From positions 401,873-465,872 of the forward strand of contig NMRA01000278.1 of assembly GCA_002633005.1 (NCBI GenBank): a DNA stretch of 64,000 nucleotides, given 5' to 3'. Each line of letters opens with the position of its first letter. Position 1 is the first letter of the stretch. Positions 57,801 through 63,849 of the stretch are shown piece after piece. The translations under genes and the position numbers were made by a program. The notes below the pieces were generated by a model, which saw nothing but the letters and a program-made list of their open reading frames with translations, made no database searches and had not been told where the DNA came from. Source of the DNA: Phoronis australis (taxonomy: Eukaryota > Animalia > Phoronida).

Positions 57801-60800
57801 TATCATCACCAATATCACCATATGAACCAATACTGGTCCTTTATAACCACGACCAGCATCATCGTCACGGTTACGCTGCACTGCCTTTATGGTTATGGTA
57901 ACCACCATAGCTGTCGTTACAGTCATCACCACCTTGGTTTTTGGTGTCACCATCGCCATATTCGTCATGGTCATAATCGTTATTGCAGTTGTCATTGTCA
58001 TTAGCGTGATCATCACAACCATCCTGACCATTATCACCAATTTAACAACACCATCTAGTGTCAGACTTATTGATTTCAAGTTTATTGATCAAGAGTGGTT
58101 TCAGTGTTCTCCGCATTTGAAAACTTAAAGATGTCGGGAGCGTGCAAATGCCAACAAACGTGCCAGAAACAATTGATTACAATTGGCCTTCAATGTCAGT
58201 TTCAATGGCCTATGGCCAGTTAAGTTCGATTCAACTCATTATGTTCTTGTTAATGATCCCGACGCCATTTTCCAAGCTGGTTGCTATTTTTTAAACAGGT
58301 CACTCAAATGTCTCGCAAGGAGAGACAAACAGGTCGCGACGAAATTTACTTTGGGCTTCAGTGGCAAGCAAGGACTCTCCAGCGAAGTATTGAAAATCTA
58401 CAGCATCCGTAAGACAAAGCATCCAGGCACGACAGACAAGGCCAAAAGCAAATGTAGGCAAAATACCTTTTCCCGCCAACTTGGTTGGAAACTGTGATCA
58501 TTCATTAAAATGACAAGCAGAATGTACATACAGGAACCAGAACATACATACCATATTAAGCAGAATGCACACACCGTAAGCAAACTGCACGTAACTGTAA
58601 GCAGCATGTGCACAACTGTGAGCAGCATGCGCACACCGTGAGCAGAATGCACATACTGTAAGCAGAATGTACATACCGTATGAAGGCCTGCATCAGACCT
58701 TTCATAGCACTCTGCGGAGCCGAGATCAGCTCACCCAGGGAGTCGACAATCTGAGATCCAACCTTCTGGAACTGTGTTATGGCGTATGGAATGGTGACTT
58801 GAACAGAGTCTAGCATGGCCTGCCAGAAATGAGAAATTCATTCTCTTAACAACACAACTTGCAAAGAAAATGTAAACTGTTTGAATTGACTTTCAGTCAA
58901 CTGTCCCAAACAGTCACAATGTGTGCGCAATGCAATACAGTTTAATATGAAACCAGCTGATGGGCTGAAATAAAAATATCGACAAGGTGCTGTTTGTCAT
59001 ATTTGTTGTGTAGCAAATTCCAGGTGTGCCCTTCCTAATACTCCCAGCAGATAAGAGTCATATTGGTGTACAGAGGTTACATTATGTTGCAATTAGTGGA
59101 GGGTGGAAATGACCTTTGATACTATTAGAAGTATTATTACAAACATAGACCTATTAAGAAGGTAAATTTTGAATATTTTTAAAAATCATTAATCAAAATA
59201 AATTTGATGTAATATTGAAATTACCGTGATGAAATTTTCAATGTCCATCTTAATGTCAGAGATGAAGAACTTGATGCGTAGCACGACTTTGCGCACAGCC
59301 TTGACCCAGGGGAGACAATCGGTTGTCTTCCCCGTCCAGGATGCGAGTGCCTCTGCGGTCTTCACAATATTCTTAGGGAGATCAATAATGGTTTGCACGA
59401 ATGCCTTGAAAATACCCTGTGTTAGGATAGAATAATAGTAAAATGTGAGTGACATGTCAGAGGTTGAACAGGGGAGATAAAAATACTGACATATCAGTGA
59501 CAGAAAAAGAAAAGAATGAGAAATCTTTGTGCGACGTGTCACAAATCGACAGTAGACTTTAAAAATCATGTCCACAATTGAAAACGGGAGCAGAAGGTAG
59601 ATTTTGAGTGATACATCAGCAGCTGAACAGTGGAGAGGCTGATAGACTTTGAGTGACACATCAGTACATACACACCTCTATTCCACCATTTTCTCCCACA
59701 GTTTGGAAGATTCCCATGAAGTTGTTGACAGCCGTCTCGATGGGTGTGACGAACTGAGCATACAGGGTGTCGAAAATATTCACCAGGTCTTGCATAGAGT
59801 TGATGCCAAACTCCTGAAATGACATCAATAAAACTGAAGGATTCCGCAGAGCTGTGGCAAAATCCATTGCCAATAGATGTCAGGCTGATTGTTGGGCTAG
59901 GTGCTAAATTATATTAACATTACGTCTGTCGCAGGTTATTTACTTGAAGCTGATTGGAACAACGCACTTAAAACAACATGTCTGGCACAGTTAGATACGG
60001 AAGACTCAACCTTCACTTTGAGAGTCCATAATGTTAATGATGGAGAAACATAGCCTGCACACCCCATGCAATTCACCTGCAGTCCTTTTTTTGTTTTGGC
60101 AGGTGGTCATCATGACTCTACTGTCGTACAGTAGAAGTTTATACTGATATAATTTACAGTACTGTTAAATGCAGACCGTCACAATCCAGCATTGATAATT
60201 AATTGTTACCATACGTCTCTTGGGGCAGGTCTAAGACATAACAAAATAGGAATATTATGCTAGTGCCAGTGGCAAGAACAAGGCCAACAGAACGGGCAGT
60301 GGTATTGGCAGTGGCAGGAACGAAGCCAACAGAATGTGCAACAGTACTGGTAGTGGCAAGGGAAATGCTAATGGCAAGCTACCATTACTTTCTCTCAACT
60401 ATAAAGATATAAACTCAAAGATACGCCTAGGATGAACTGACAATGTGTTGTTGTTTGAGGCCACGACAGGCACACAACATGGCTACAGCAGGGTCAAATA
60501 AAACTTATTGAGCTTGGCTTTAATTGTAGCAATCTGACAGTTATTGCACCGTCTACAGATCACTTCCTCTTTGTCAGAATGCAACATTTACCTTGGCCAT
60601 GTTGAGGTTGTACCGAATGAACCCACGGAAACAGACTTGGAGCCTGAACATATCCAGTTTAATGTTGAGGATGCCAACATTAGCCTCAGCATAAGCAGTA
60701 TCGTAGATGTCAATCATAAACATGCCTTCAAGGGGTTCTGAAACATCGAGTATATAACGTGTTATAGATGTCAATCATCAGAAGACATGCCTTCAAGCAT

Positions 60801-63800
60801 AGGTTCTGTCACAAGCTGTATTTGGTCAGTCACTAAAGGTTGATCAACTCAAGAACTTGAGCAACTTAACATATCGCAAATACTTATGTGGCCGCTAGCT
60901 ACCTAATCCAACTTAAACAACCTTGGAAAATGGAGCAAGTTGCACCCAGATCAGGGTGATGTAAGTTACCTGACTGTGTGACCAGGCATCTGATGCGAGA
61001 CGAAAGAAAACAAAATTAGGTCATCCACCTTTGTTAATTGCGATACACGTGGCGGAGACTTCCTAGTTGCTCAACTGTGTAACCCTGGATTACCAATGAT
61101 TACAAGAGGCCAACAAACACTTCTGGTGACAATTTATCACTTTTCGTGAAAACACTCCAGTACAGTTGGTTTACCATAAATTTCATTTCATACATTAGTT
61201 TTCAAAACATGACAAATTTTTTCTCAAAGTTATTCAAGTTCCTTAGTCCACTGAAATTTTGGCCAAATTGTTTAGAAAATGACAAACAGTAAAAAGAAGT
61301 TTGACTAAAGCAAACATTAAAGTTCCAGGTGACAGAGTAGTTTTGCAAAGTTTCATCCTGAACACTGCTTCAGCACAACTCACTCAAGTCCAAGAACATC
61401 TTGTTGCGCAGAATCACTCCAAATGATGCTCCAATGTCCGTACTCCCAATCACTTTGGTCCAAGAGAAGCCAGGGATTTCAATCTCCCAGTGGAGTCCCT
61501 TTTCAAGAAACTCCTGCACGCTGCGTTTGTGTTTATTGGATGGTATAACTAACGAAGAGTTACGCCTACAAATTTTATAAGACTTGCATTTTTATTTAAC
61601 GGCATCAGGAATTCAACCAACCAGTCATCACTGCAAATTGTTAGTCTGGGCTCAACTATTCTGCTATTCGTACGGGGGTAATAAAACAATTATATTCTCA
61701 GCCAGGACCATAAACTGTTTTAATGGCTATGTGTATAGTTTACACAGTCCAACTAGGACACTCGTATGGCTAAGGAAACTGTTCCTAAAGAACTGCTTTC
61801 ACTAACCTTGCATGTTAATTTCAAATGGTCTGTTGTGCATGAAGGACACCCATTATTTAGAACCATTGGCAAAATTCTAAGCCACTAAGCAGACCAGTCA
61901 ACACCCCTCAAATTCAAAATGATCATGCTGATTGTTTTTGAACAGGATCCCAGCCAATGAGCTATATTGTCATACAGAATATGGCATAGTGTGTTTTGGG
62001 ACAAGATTCCTGACAATAAGTTAAGTCCAGAAAATGTTACGTTAATTTTCTGCTTCTTGGGTGGGTTCGCAGCCAATAAGTTAGAGTGTGGTTCAAAAAA
62101 TGATTTTTTTCCAGTGGTATAAAAAAGGCAGCGCCCAGACATCTGGAAGATGTCAAGTGGCTTTTGCTCTAAAGGGGCGCAGGTTTTGGGAACTATGTGC
62201 CTGATAGAATAATTGAGAAATTGTCACAAAAACAATCAAACTTTCGCACTGTGTTGCATTTACTGTACAAGATGGCAGCTGACAATTTACGCACAGAAAA
62301 TCTTACACCTCAGACTGGTTACTGGATGGGATTGCAAATGACCTATGCCTTGAACAATAAGCAATGCGAAATCTGCGATGGATTTTGATAAATGTCCATT
62401 TTACAAAATTTATGGACTTTACTGGCAGTGGCAACTAAACATTATTATTTCAAGCTGAACTGACCTTGAACTCCAATTATGTTCAATGCAACACTTCTGC
62501 AAGATGTGGCTATCATTTTTGGTCAACTTTTTTTAACCCGAACAAAAACAACGGCTAAAATCATCACGTGTTTATTTTTAATTTAAAGACTGACTATGAT
62601 GCAATGATGTTTTGTTCAAAATCACTCTCACCAGATCTGCTCACTTGACAGTGGAAATTTAACTTATAACCGCCATATTTTGAACAAAATTGAGAACACT
62701 TTACAAGGTCCCTTTTTGAGACATTAACATGATAATGTATCCAACAAAGGGTACTTGCCTGTATATGATATCTCTCTGAGAATCTGTCAGTTGATAACGC
62801 TTGGGATGTTCTGTGTACGTTCGGTAGGAATGTTGGCGGACGACTTCATTTTCGTCATGGAAACATAGAGTGATGAGAACCTCGGCTGCCTATAGGTAAA
62901 AAGCAAATAATATCTCATTATGTGACTCAAGAGAATTTTTTTCTACGCTGCCGAGCATCACAACTCTGAAATTTGATAACGTTATTGATACTGCTGTTTT
63001 GTCATGATTGCATCTCGATTTTTTCTGACAAATTTTACAAAAAGACAGGGTCATGTGATCTAATTTACATCAGATCAGTAAAAAGTCAAAACTCAAATTC
63101 TACCAAAATTTCTACTTTCACCACCAGGTGTCTGGAGAACACTACGCACTCCAGCGGGCTATTACCTCATCATGTGGATAGAACTTCATTGCGCTCATTG
63201 CGGCCCTACGCCATGCCGAGTGACCCTGGTTTGGCTCTGCGTATCTCTTGAACAGCTTGAACGAAGTGTGATGCGCAGCGTTGCCTAGAGCATGCAGCAT
63301 AATCATGCCTGTGTAGTACTCATAGTCATAGTCCATGTCATCAGCAGAGCGCTTGGTGCGATCTGAAAAACCAACAAGACAACCGATGACTGTTTTAATG
63401 GTGGTATTCCAAGAGACAGGCTGGTGGCAACATATGTAGCACCTGGTCTCAACCAATACACAAATGGAAGTTCTTTCTAAGCTCAAAAACCAACTCCAAT
63501 CTGACTGGATAACAATTTTGAGACCAATTTAGTAAAGTATGGTCTAAATCAAAAGAAGGCAGGTTTATAATCGTTGTATCTTGAAGAAAAATGTTTTAAT
63601 TCCATTAACCATAAGACTTATAACACATTATTTCATAAATAACGTAGTTCAGAAAGCAACACGTTGAATACTTAAAGCCTTAAAGCATACCATTATGATG
63701 CTCCAACCAGGAGGTAAGATGGCCGACAATCTGAGCAGCTCTCGCTGGGTTGGTTTTGTTCAGACTTGATGCCATGCCACCCAAAGTGAGGCAAGCGCGT

Positions 63801-63849
63801 CGGAGCGTCTCTGTCTCATTGGTTCTGTTCGGTAGTACTATGTCTATAC
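796..63849 (-). CDS. Giant multi-exon gene, partial at both ends: uncharacterized, probably extracellular, multidomain protein (vitellogenin-N/LLTP-like helices, M23/LECT2-like, PAN/Apple, many FN3-like repeats); >=64 exons, ~4,080 aa in window
   Basis: Manual exon chaining with splice sites and matching phases gives a continuous reading frame except across the N gap at 27782 and one junction at 61.5-62.8 kb; recurrent DxT/SPP, GxVxDG, WxxFxDxESG and YxxxVxAxN motifs. Confidence 0.92.
1289..1807. repeat. 63/67-bp minisatellite, ~8 copies
   Basis: Unit ggaataccgctggtcaccaaaagatatttgaggtaagacaccttatctgacttatgcaattat. Confidence 0.95.
1946..2102. repeat. G-rich 17-21-bp degenerate minisatellite
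   Basis: cacaacaaagggagggggatt-like units. Confidence 0.9.
2324..2460 (-). CDS. Exon 63 (LNSIVHNFYISG...PTILYYDP)
   Basis: tttcag| and |gtaatg, phase 2-1. Confidence 0.87.
2697..2763. repeat. (TG)n microsatellite with degenerate tail
   Basis: tgtgtgtg...gcgtgcgc. Confidence 0.9.
2837..2984 (-). CDS. Exon 62 (AGNIMMGYLSESDLDQNYGSAAS...RRMMR)
   Basis: tgacag| and |gtaagt, phase 1-2. Confidence 0.87.
4655..4759 (-). CDS. Exon 61 (PQDTAQSLGGSRKKRSTSTTMDISGITGGTLTVR)
   Basis: ttacag| and |gtatac, phase 1-1; different frame from the listed ORF. Confidence 0.8.
5507..5759. repeat. 18-bp minisatellite, ~14 copies
   Basis: catagtgttatgcaYgta. Confidence 0.97.
6282..6461 (-). CDS. Exon 60 (VNCPQSLF...LEPGACMKTRLTVEGKN...EICVK)
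   Basis: caacag| and |gtacgt (same donor type as exons 21 and 36), phase 1-1. Confidence 0.72.
8477..8590 (-). CDS. Exon 59 (LQITMEDVNQRTLIPE...VCYD)
   Basis: tttcag| and |gtatgt, phase 1-1. Confidence 0.78.
9357..9501 (-). CDS. Exon 58 (LDTIPPDVS...VAFNW...MWV)
   Basis: ctgcag| and |gtgagt, phase 0-1. Confidence 0.87.
9842..10083 (-). CDS. Exon 57 (TPYSMGAMW...YFVAVRATNVVGLS...KLK), FN3-like
   Basis: tatcag| and |gtgagt, phase 1-0. Confidence 0.9.
10546..10705 (-). CDS. Exon 56 (PAIYFIMVKAVSRSG...IDISPP...DYC)
   Basis: ttccag| and |gtaagt, phase 0-1. Confidence 0.9.
11195..11625 (-). CDS. Exon 55 (...CHYGLPFYDFESHIG...CQGCYSQCDFNCNASC...TFFQ)
   Basis: cacaag| and |gtgagt, phase 1-0. Confidence 0.9.
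12104..12319 (-). CDS. Exon 54 (YQHGRRNKVWYAKLWARD...WRMTLFENG...)
   Basis: taatag| and |gtttgt, phase 1-1. Confidence 0.87.
12725..12935 (-). CDS. Exon 53, Thr/Ser-rich mucin-like linker
   Basis: ctgtag| and |gtaaat, phase 0-1. Confidence 0.87.
13540..13754 (-). CDS. Exon 52 (MYGEALPIIEGKYAITVRIAGG...PTLPPE)
   Basis: ttccag| and |gtacat, phase 1-0. Confidence 0.88.
13868..13933 (-). CDS. Exon 51, 66 nt (CEGSNWPISVTPGNGFTLPTE)
   Basis: tttcag| and |gttaag, phase 1-1; symmetric, so not required by phase. Confidence 0.6.
14522..14726 (-). CDS. Exon 50 (LSCPDTRKL...MFMKCS)
   Basis: ttccag| and |gtgagt, phase 0-1. Confidence 0.87.
15433..15539 (-). CDS. Exon 49 (IGRVVDGKNWYKDATY...NYQQQ)
   Basis: tcacag| and |gtatgt, phase 1-0; completes DDIPPVIGRVVDG. 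Confidence 0.9.
16010..17257 (-). CDS. Exon 48, 1248 nt, about three FN3-like repeats
   Basis: Lies within the 431-aa ORF; ctacag| and |gtaaat, phase 1-1. Confidence 0.95.
17741..17977 (-). CDS. Exon 47 (TSVRASVRAVNVAGL...DVDYQ...WSIHRAD)
   Basis: tcacag| and |gtgagt, phase 1-1. Confidence 0.88.
18164..18805. repeat. 46-bp minisatellite, ~14 copies
   Basis: gtctaataaagacaagtacaggataYttgtacagcattttagataa. Confidence 0.97.
19120..19226 (-). CDS. Exon 46 (YEIALGNAESSTHFVPF...LSLTA)
   Basis: tttcag| and |gtatgt, phase 2-1. Confidence 0.9.
20099..20229 (-). CDS. Exon 45 (VKIVTPSKFP...VQWEPFTDNTPLDR)
   Basis: ttttag| and |gtaagg, phase 0-2. Confidence 0.88.
20349..20522. repeat. 29-bp minisatellite, 6 copies
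   Basis: ctttatgactgagtRctaacttaatatct. Confidence 0.95.
20638..20858 (-). CDS. Exon 44 (MAIAIGSSHNTSDILDW...VRNRVG...TANQ)
   Basis: tcccag| and |gtatca, phase 1-0. Confidence 0.9.
21077..21166. repeat. 29-bp tandem repeat, ~3 copies
   Basis: cagtctattctacactctgctaagtggaa. Confidence 0.9.
21499..21685 (-). CDS. Exon 43 (VFGEVTSQD...VDVTPP...DNESSLT)
   Basis: tgacag| and |gtgagt, phase 0-1. Confidence 0.9.
23147..23274 (-). CDS. Exon 42 (IGNVTMKYRVGGLPGSGDLKDW...GDT)
   Basis: ttgcag| and |gtatgt, phase 1-0. Confidence 0.9.
23666..23876 (-). CDS. Exon 41 (VFVTVRAITG...SDGFRLDSTPP...HWNSTDY)
   Basis: catcag| and |gtaggt, phase 0-1. Confidence 0.9.
24615..24742 (-). CDS. Exon 40 (YDWALGDIAGGSNIQPF...IQISK)
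   Basis: ctacag| and |gtaata, phase 1-0; its acceptor lies in the first unit of the 43-bp array. Confidence 0.88.
24720..27781. repeat. 43-bp satellite (~71 copies) organised as a 172-bp tetrameric higher-order repeat, truncated by an assembly gap
   Basis: Unit atcacctagagcccagtcataacctgtagataacaacaacatg; lines 24901 and 27481 are identical (2580 = 15 x 172). Confidence 0.98.
27783..28039. repeat. 65-bp minisatellite, ~4 copies, truncated by gap
   Basis: acaagtgaactctcctatactactacactccttggtSaaaccctgctcactacaacttgtgactc. Confidence 0.95.
28067..28300 (-). CDS. Exon 39 (VHVGLEEEEEE...WRGYDHESGIAKYMVAIGTSQGG...LALQ)
   Basis: tcatag| and |gtattg, phase 0-0. Confidence 0.9.
28917..29108 (-). 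CDS. Exon 38 (KFPLSG...YFFTVTAVNNARL...IDTSPPTMFK)
   Basis: tttcag| and |gtaagc, phase 0-0. Confidence 0.9.
29490..29803. repeat. 57-bp minisatellite, ~5.5 copies
   Basis: taacaagtctgtacacccacccacaccatggaatgtcatgcatattgcacata; 19-aa periodicity in spurious ORFs. Confidence 0.95.
30146..30380. repeat. ~60-bp tandem copies of the exon 37 donor junction (4 copies including the real one)
   Basis: tctcacctgtgtgRtg...ccattgtactgttgataga at ~30152, 30212, 30273 and 30332. Confidence 0.9.
30338..30452 (-). CDS. Exon 37 (YQKDDSSFHVSWEYNDPESNL...NGATTQ)
   Basis: ttttag| and |gtgaga, phase 2-0. Confidence 0.9.
31516..31786 (-). CDS. Exon 36 (FSDPESNVTKY...SNGYIIDLTPP...)
   Basis: cttcag| and |gtacgt, phase 1-2. 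Confidence 0.9.
32015..32125 (-). CDS. Exon 35 (LIDLTPPVQGTVTDG...ADWD)
   Basis: ttctag| and |gtaagt, phase 1-1. Confidence 0.9.
33026..33219 (-). CDS. Exon 34 (YYVRMGSTVGGKD...YYTMVTASNRG...SSNG)
   Basis: atgcag| and |gtaagt, phase 2-1. Confidence 0.9.
33671..33848 (-). CDS. Exon 33 (VDKSPPIAGDVLDG...CAQWRFFYDPHSGIS)
   Basis: ccttag| and |gtgaga, phase 1-2. Confidence 0.9.
34154..34330 (-). CDS. Exon 32 (LNLVEFGLGRSKYDV...WIRLQILNN)
   Basis: cactag| and |gtaaag, phase 1-1. Confidence 0.9.
34527..34695 (-). CDS. Exon 31 (GLNNVIFGGSLVTTVCHSYPLIIDVTPP...DTLS)
   Basis: atccag| and |gtaaca, phase 0-1. Confidence 0.9.
35299..35501 (-). CDS. Exon 30 (NWDEFVDKDSGMYAYTW...YYFTVQ), FN3-like
   Basis: tcttag| and |gtaact, phase 1-0. 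Confidence 0.9.
36091..36346 (-). CDS. Exon 29 (SIINPGPGRCTIIDFTPPDP...HRYIVDG...SYAN)
   Basis: ttgtag| and |gtagaa, phase 0-1; absent from ORF track (no start codon). Confidence 0.88.
36901..37044 (-). CDS. Exon 28 (VDLKQSAGWSYYERL...TNWLGYT)
   Basis: gactag| and |gtaagt, phase 0-0. Confidence 0.88.
38229..38429 (-). CDS. Exon 27, PAN/Apple domain (SPAACGGKCLSYGRKCISMEYNVVTKACLL)
   Basis: CxxxC...CxSxxY...CxL pattern; tctcag| and |gtgagt, phase 0-0. Confidence 0.9.
38724..38871 (-). CDS. Exon 26 (GSVTAFEDSPL...GDRYVEW...LNTLE)
   Basis: caacag| and |gtaaaa, phase 2-0. Confidence 0.88.
38830..39596. other. ~383-bp near-identical direct duplication around single-N gap at 39213 (likely assembly artefact)
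   Basis: 38830-39212 repeated at 39214-39596 with a few substitutions. Confidence 0.88.
40245..40447 (-). CDS. Exon 25 (DWTEMG...FFTVRAVNEQG...YDNTVPEGRV...), FN3-like
   Basis: ttgcag| and |gtaagc, phase 0-2. Confidence 0.9.
41155..41283 (-). CDS. Exon 24 (VAQIPDLDTTDTQFEL...YAVGDSEGSNNII)
   Basis: ccgtag| and |gtgagt, phase 0-0. Confidence 0.88.
41969..42203 (-). CDS. Exon 23 (GGMDLVLTPLRLEL...EDDSPPRF...FKRSGQPCQ)
   Basis: ttccag| and |gtactc, phase 2-0. Confidence 0.88.
42558..42786 (-). CDS. Exon 22 (FGAGGTVGAFMGVKLC...QQFPLDL), beta-rich
   Basis: tttcag| and |gtaaga, phase 1-2. Confidence 0.9.
43966..44131 (-). CDS. Exon 21 (MNMVEYLV...FFEFQWRFMAGPLPLKV)
   Basis: tttcag| and |gtacgt, phase 0-1. 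Confidence 0.88.
44481..44626 (-). CDS. Exon 20 (DEVDNALNARG...IRDAISEN)
   Basis: tttcag| and |gtaagt, phase 1-0. Confidence 0.85.
45180..45401 (-). CDS. Exon 19 (KIKEIDVDVSTT...QLCSSVMTTCIPD...LKCSINN)
   Basis: tttcag| and |gtaggc, phase 1-1. Confidence 0.85.
46221..46436 (-). CDS. Exon 18, Cys-rich (CPHFLGG...YCEPHFDCMGLTCAVP...DLCG)
   Basis: ttttag| and |gtcggt, phase 1-1. Confidence 0.85.
47301..47432 (-). CDS. Exon 17 (KFPVTNPVTWSPSSINRKL...FQAIYG)
   Basis: ttgtag| and |gtaagt, phase 1-1. Confidence 0.82.
48312..48457 (-). CDS. Exon 16 (TSKIWKIAERFDVGHYTLRF...VQACA)
   Basis: ttttag| and |gtgagt, phase 2-1. Confidence 0.85.
49056..49181 (-). CDS. Exon 15 (YRAPEPPYRPADVD...KALLQG)
   Basis: gtccag| and |gtaagt, phase 2-2. 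Confidence 0.85.
49659..49789 (-). CDS. Exon 14 (ECNDRIVTHLLK...GEFSNR)
   Basis: gttcag| and |gtgaaa, phase 0-2. Confidence 0.85.
50434..50665 (-). CDS. Exon 13 (GKPLKAGDGIGRMGTS...WIDPTKY...PRWVQ), M23-like C-terminal half
   Basis: caatag| and |gtaaaa, phase 2-0; KAGDxIG and IDPTxY motifs. Confidence 0.9.
51195..51322 (-). CDS. Exon 12 (VVAPVTGTYIYEKLPRERIRIEP...YNVKRSTR), M23-like
   Basis: ttgtag| and |gtaatc, phase 0-2; VxAPxxG motif. Confidence 0.88.
52408..52580. repeat. 56-bp tandem triplication of the exon 11 donor junction
   Basis: Donor GT positions 52444, 52500 and 52556. Confidence 0.95.
52557..52743 (-). CDS. Exon 11 (ANKALEIFEALFGPKFHKSFP...YGTGNYP...ASPHQK), start of LECT2/M23-like domain
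   Basis: tttag| and |gtgatg, phase 2-0. Confidence 0.88.
53040..53150 (-). mobile_element. tRNA-derived SINE head
   Basis: Minus strand tgctcagtggctaaagcgtctg (A box) and gggtttgagtcccggc (degenerate B box), then ttttcaggctttttcag; no intact acceptor stem. Confidence 0.6.
53454..53560. repeat. 16-bp AT-rich minisatellite
   Basis: atattacaatgatata, about 6 copies. Confidence 0.93.
53946..54103 (-). CDS. Exon 10 (GQQQKEVGLKFISAVLNLL...IDTIKT)
   Basis: tttcag| and |gtaagt, phase 0-2. Confidence 0.88.
54440..55000 (+). mobile_element. Decayed non-LTR retrotransposon ORF1-like remnant (CR1/L2-type)
   Basis: Translates to DQLVQHSWQNCLVVSSV..DGELTD, SDICKTHRL..AIIFQV..YVNESLT..C*AHDGKLF with internal stops; resembles the LEQYSRRNNL/HRLG/INEDLT/WTxDGKI motifs. 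Confidence 0.65.
54982..55164. repeat. 20-bp minisatellite, ~9 copies, at the end of the LINE remnant
   Basis: cagctgaacacggcagtagt. Confidence 0.95.
56432..56660 (-). CDS. Exon 9, copy B (same protein sequence; probable allelic false duplication)
   Basis: ttacag| and |gtgagt, phase 2-0; inside the 1.1-kb duplication around N at 57280. Confidence 0.75.
57556..57784 (-). CDS. Exon 9, copy A (AAMAMFMLMGAKKRIE...GLKKM)
   Basis: ttgcag| and |gtaagt, phase 2-0. Confidence 0.85.
58516..58680. repeat. Degenerate 20-bp repeats derived from the exon 8 donor region
   Basis: agcagaatgYacaYaccgt units leading up to the real donor at 58676. Confidence 0.8.
58677..58819 (-). CDS. Exon 8 (AMLDSVQVTIPYAITQFQK...LMQAFIR)
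   Basis: ggcag| and |gtatgt, phase 0-2. Confidence 0.88.
59225..59416 (-). CDS. Exon 7 (GIFKAFVQTIIDLPK...DIENFIT), amphipathic helices
   Basis: acacag| and |gtaatt, phase 0-0. Confidence 0.88.
59676..59813 (-). CDS. Exon 6 (EFGINSMQDLVNIFDTL...GENGGIE)
   Basis: tttcag| and |gtgtgt, phase 0-0. Confidence 0.85.
60592..60737 (-). CDS. Exon 5 (PLEGMFMIDIYDTAYAEANVG...YNLNMAK)
   Basis: tttcag| and |gtaaat, phase 1-0. Confidence 0.88.
61384..61548 (-). CDS. Exon 4 (IPSNKHKRSVQEFLEKGLHWEIEIPGFSWTKVIGSTDIGASFGVILRNK); 5' boundary uncertain (alternative acceptor at 61513)
   Basis: Open frame; |gtgagt donor in phase 1 matches next exon. Confidence 0.75.
62759..62889 (-). CDS. Exon 3 (AAEVLITLCFHDENEVVRQHSYRTYTEHP...), probable GC donor
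   Basis: cctatag| acceptor in phase 0; AG|GCAAGT donor. Confidence 0.75.
63166..63362 (-). CDS. Exon 2 (RTKRSADD...LHALGNAAHH...WRRAAMSAMKFYPHDE), vitellogenin-N/HEAT-like helices
   Basis: ttttcag| and |gtaata, phase 1-0; LxALGNA motif. Confidence 0.9.
63691..63849 (-). CDS. Exon 1 in window (IDIVLPNRTNETETLRRACLTLGGMASSL...WLEHHN)
   Basis: tatatag| acceptor, |gtatgc donor, 159 nt, phase 1-1. Confidence 0.85.

Larger units (their letters stand above)
56157..58405. other. ~1.12-kb near-identical direct duplication around single-N gap at 57280, including exon 9
   Basis: 56157-57279 repeated at 57281-58405 with scattered SNPs and small indels. Confidence 0.9.
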
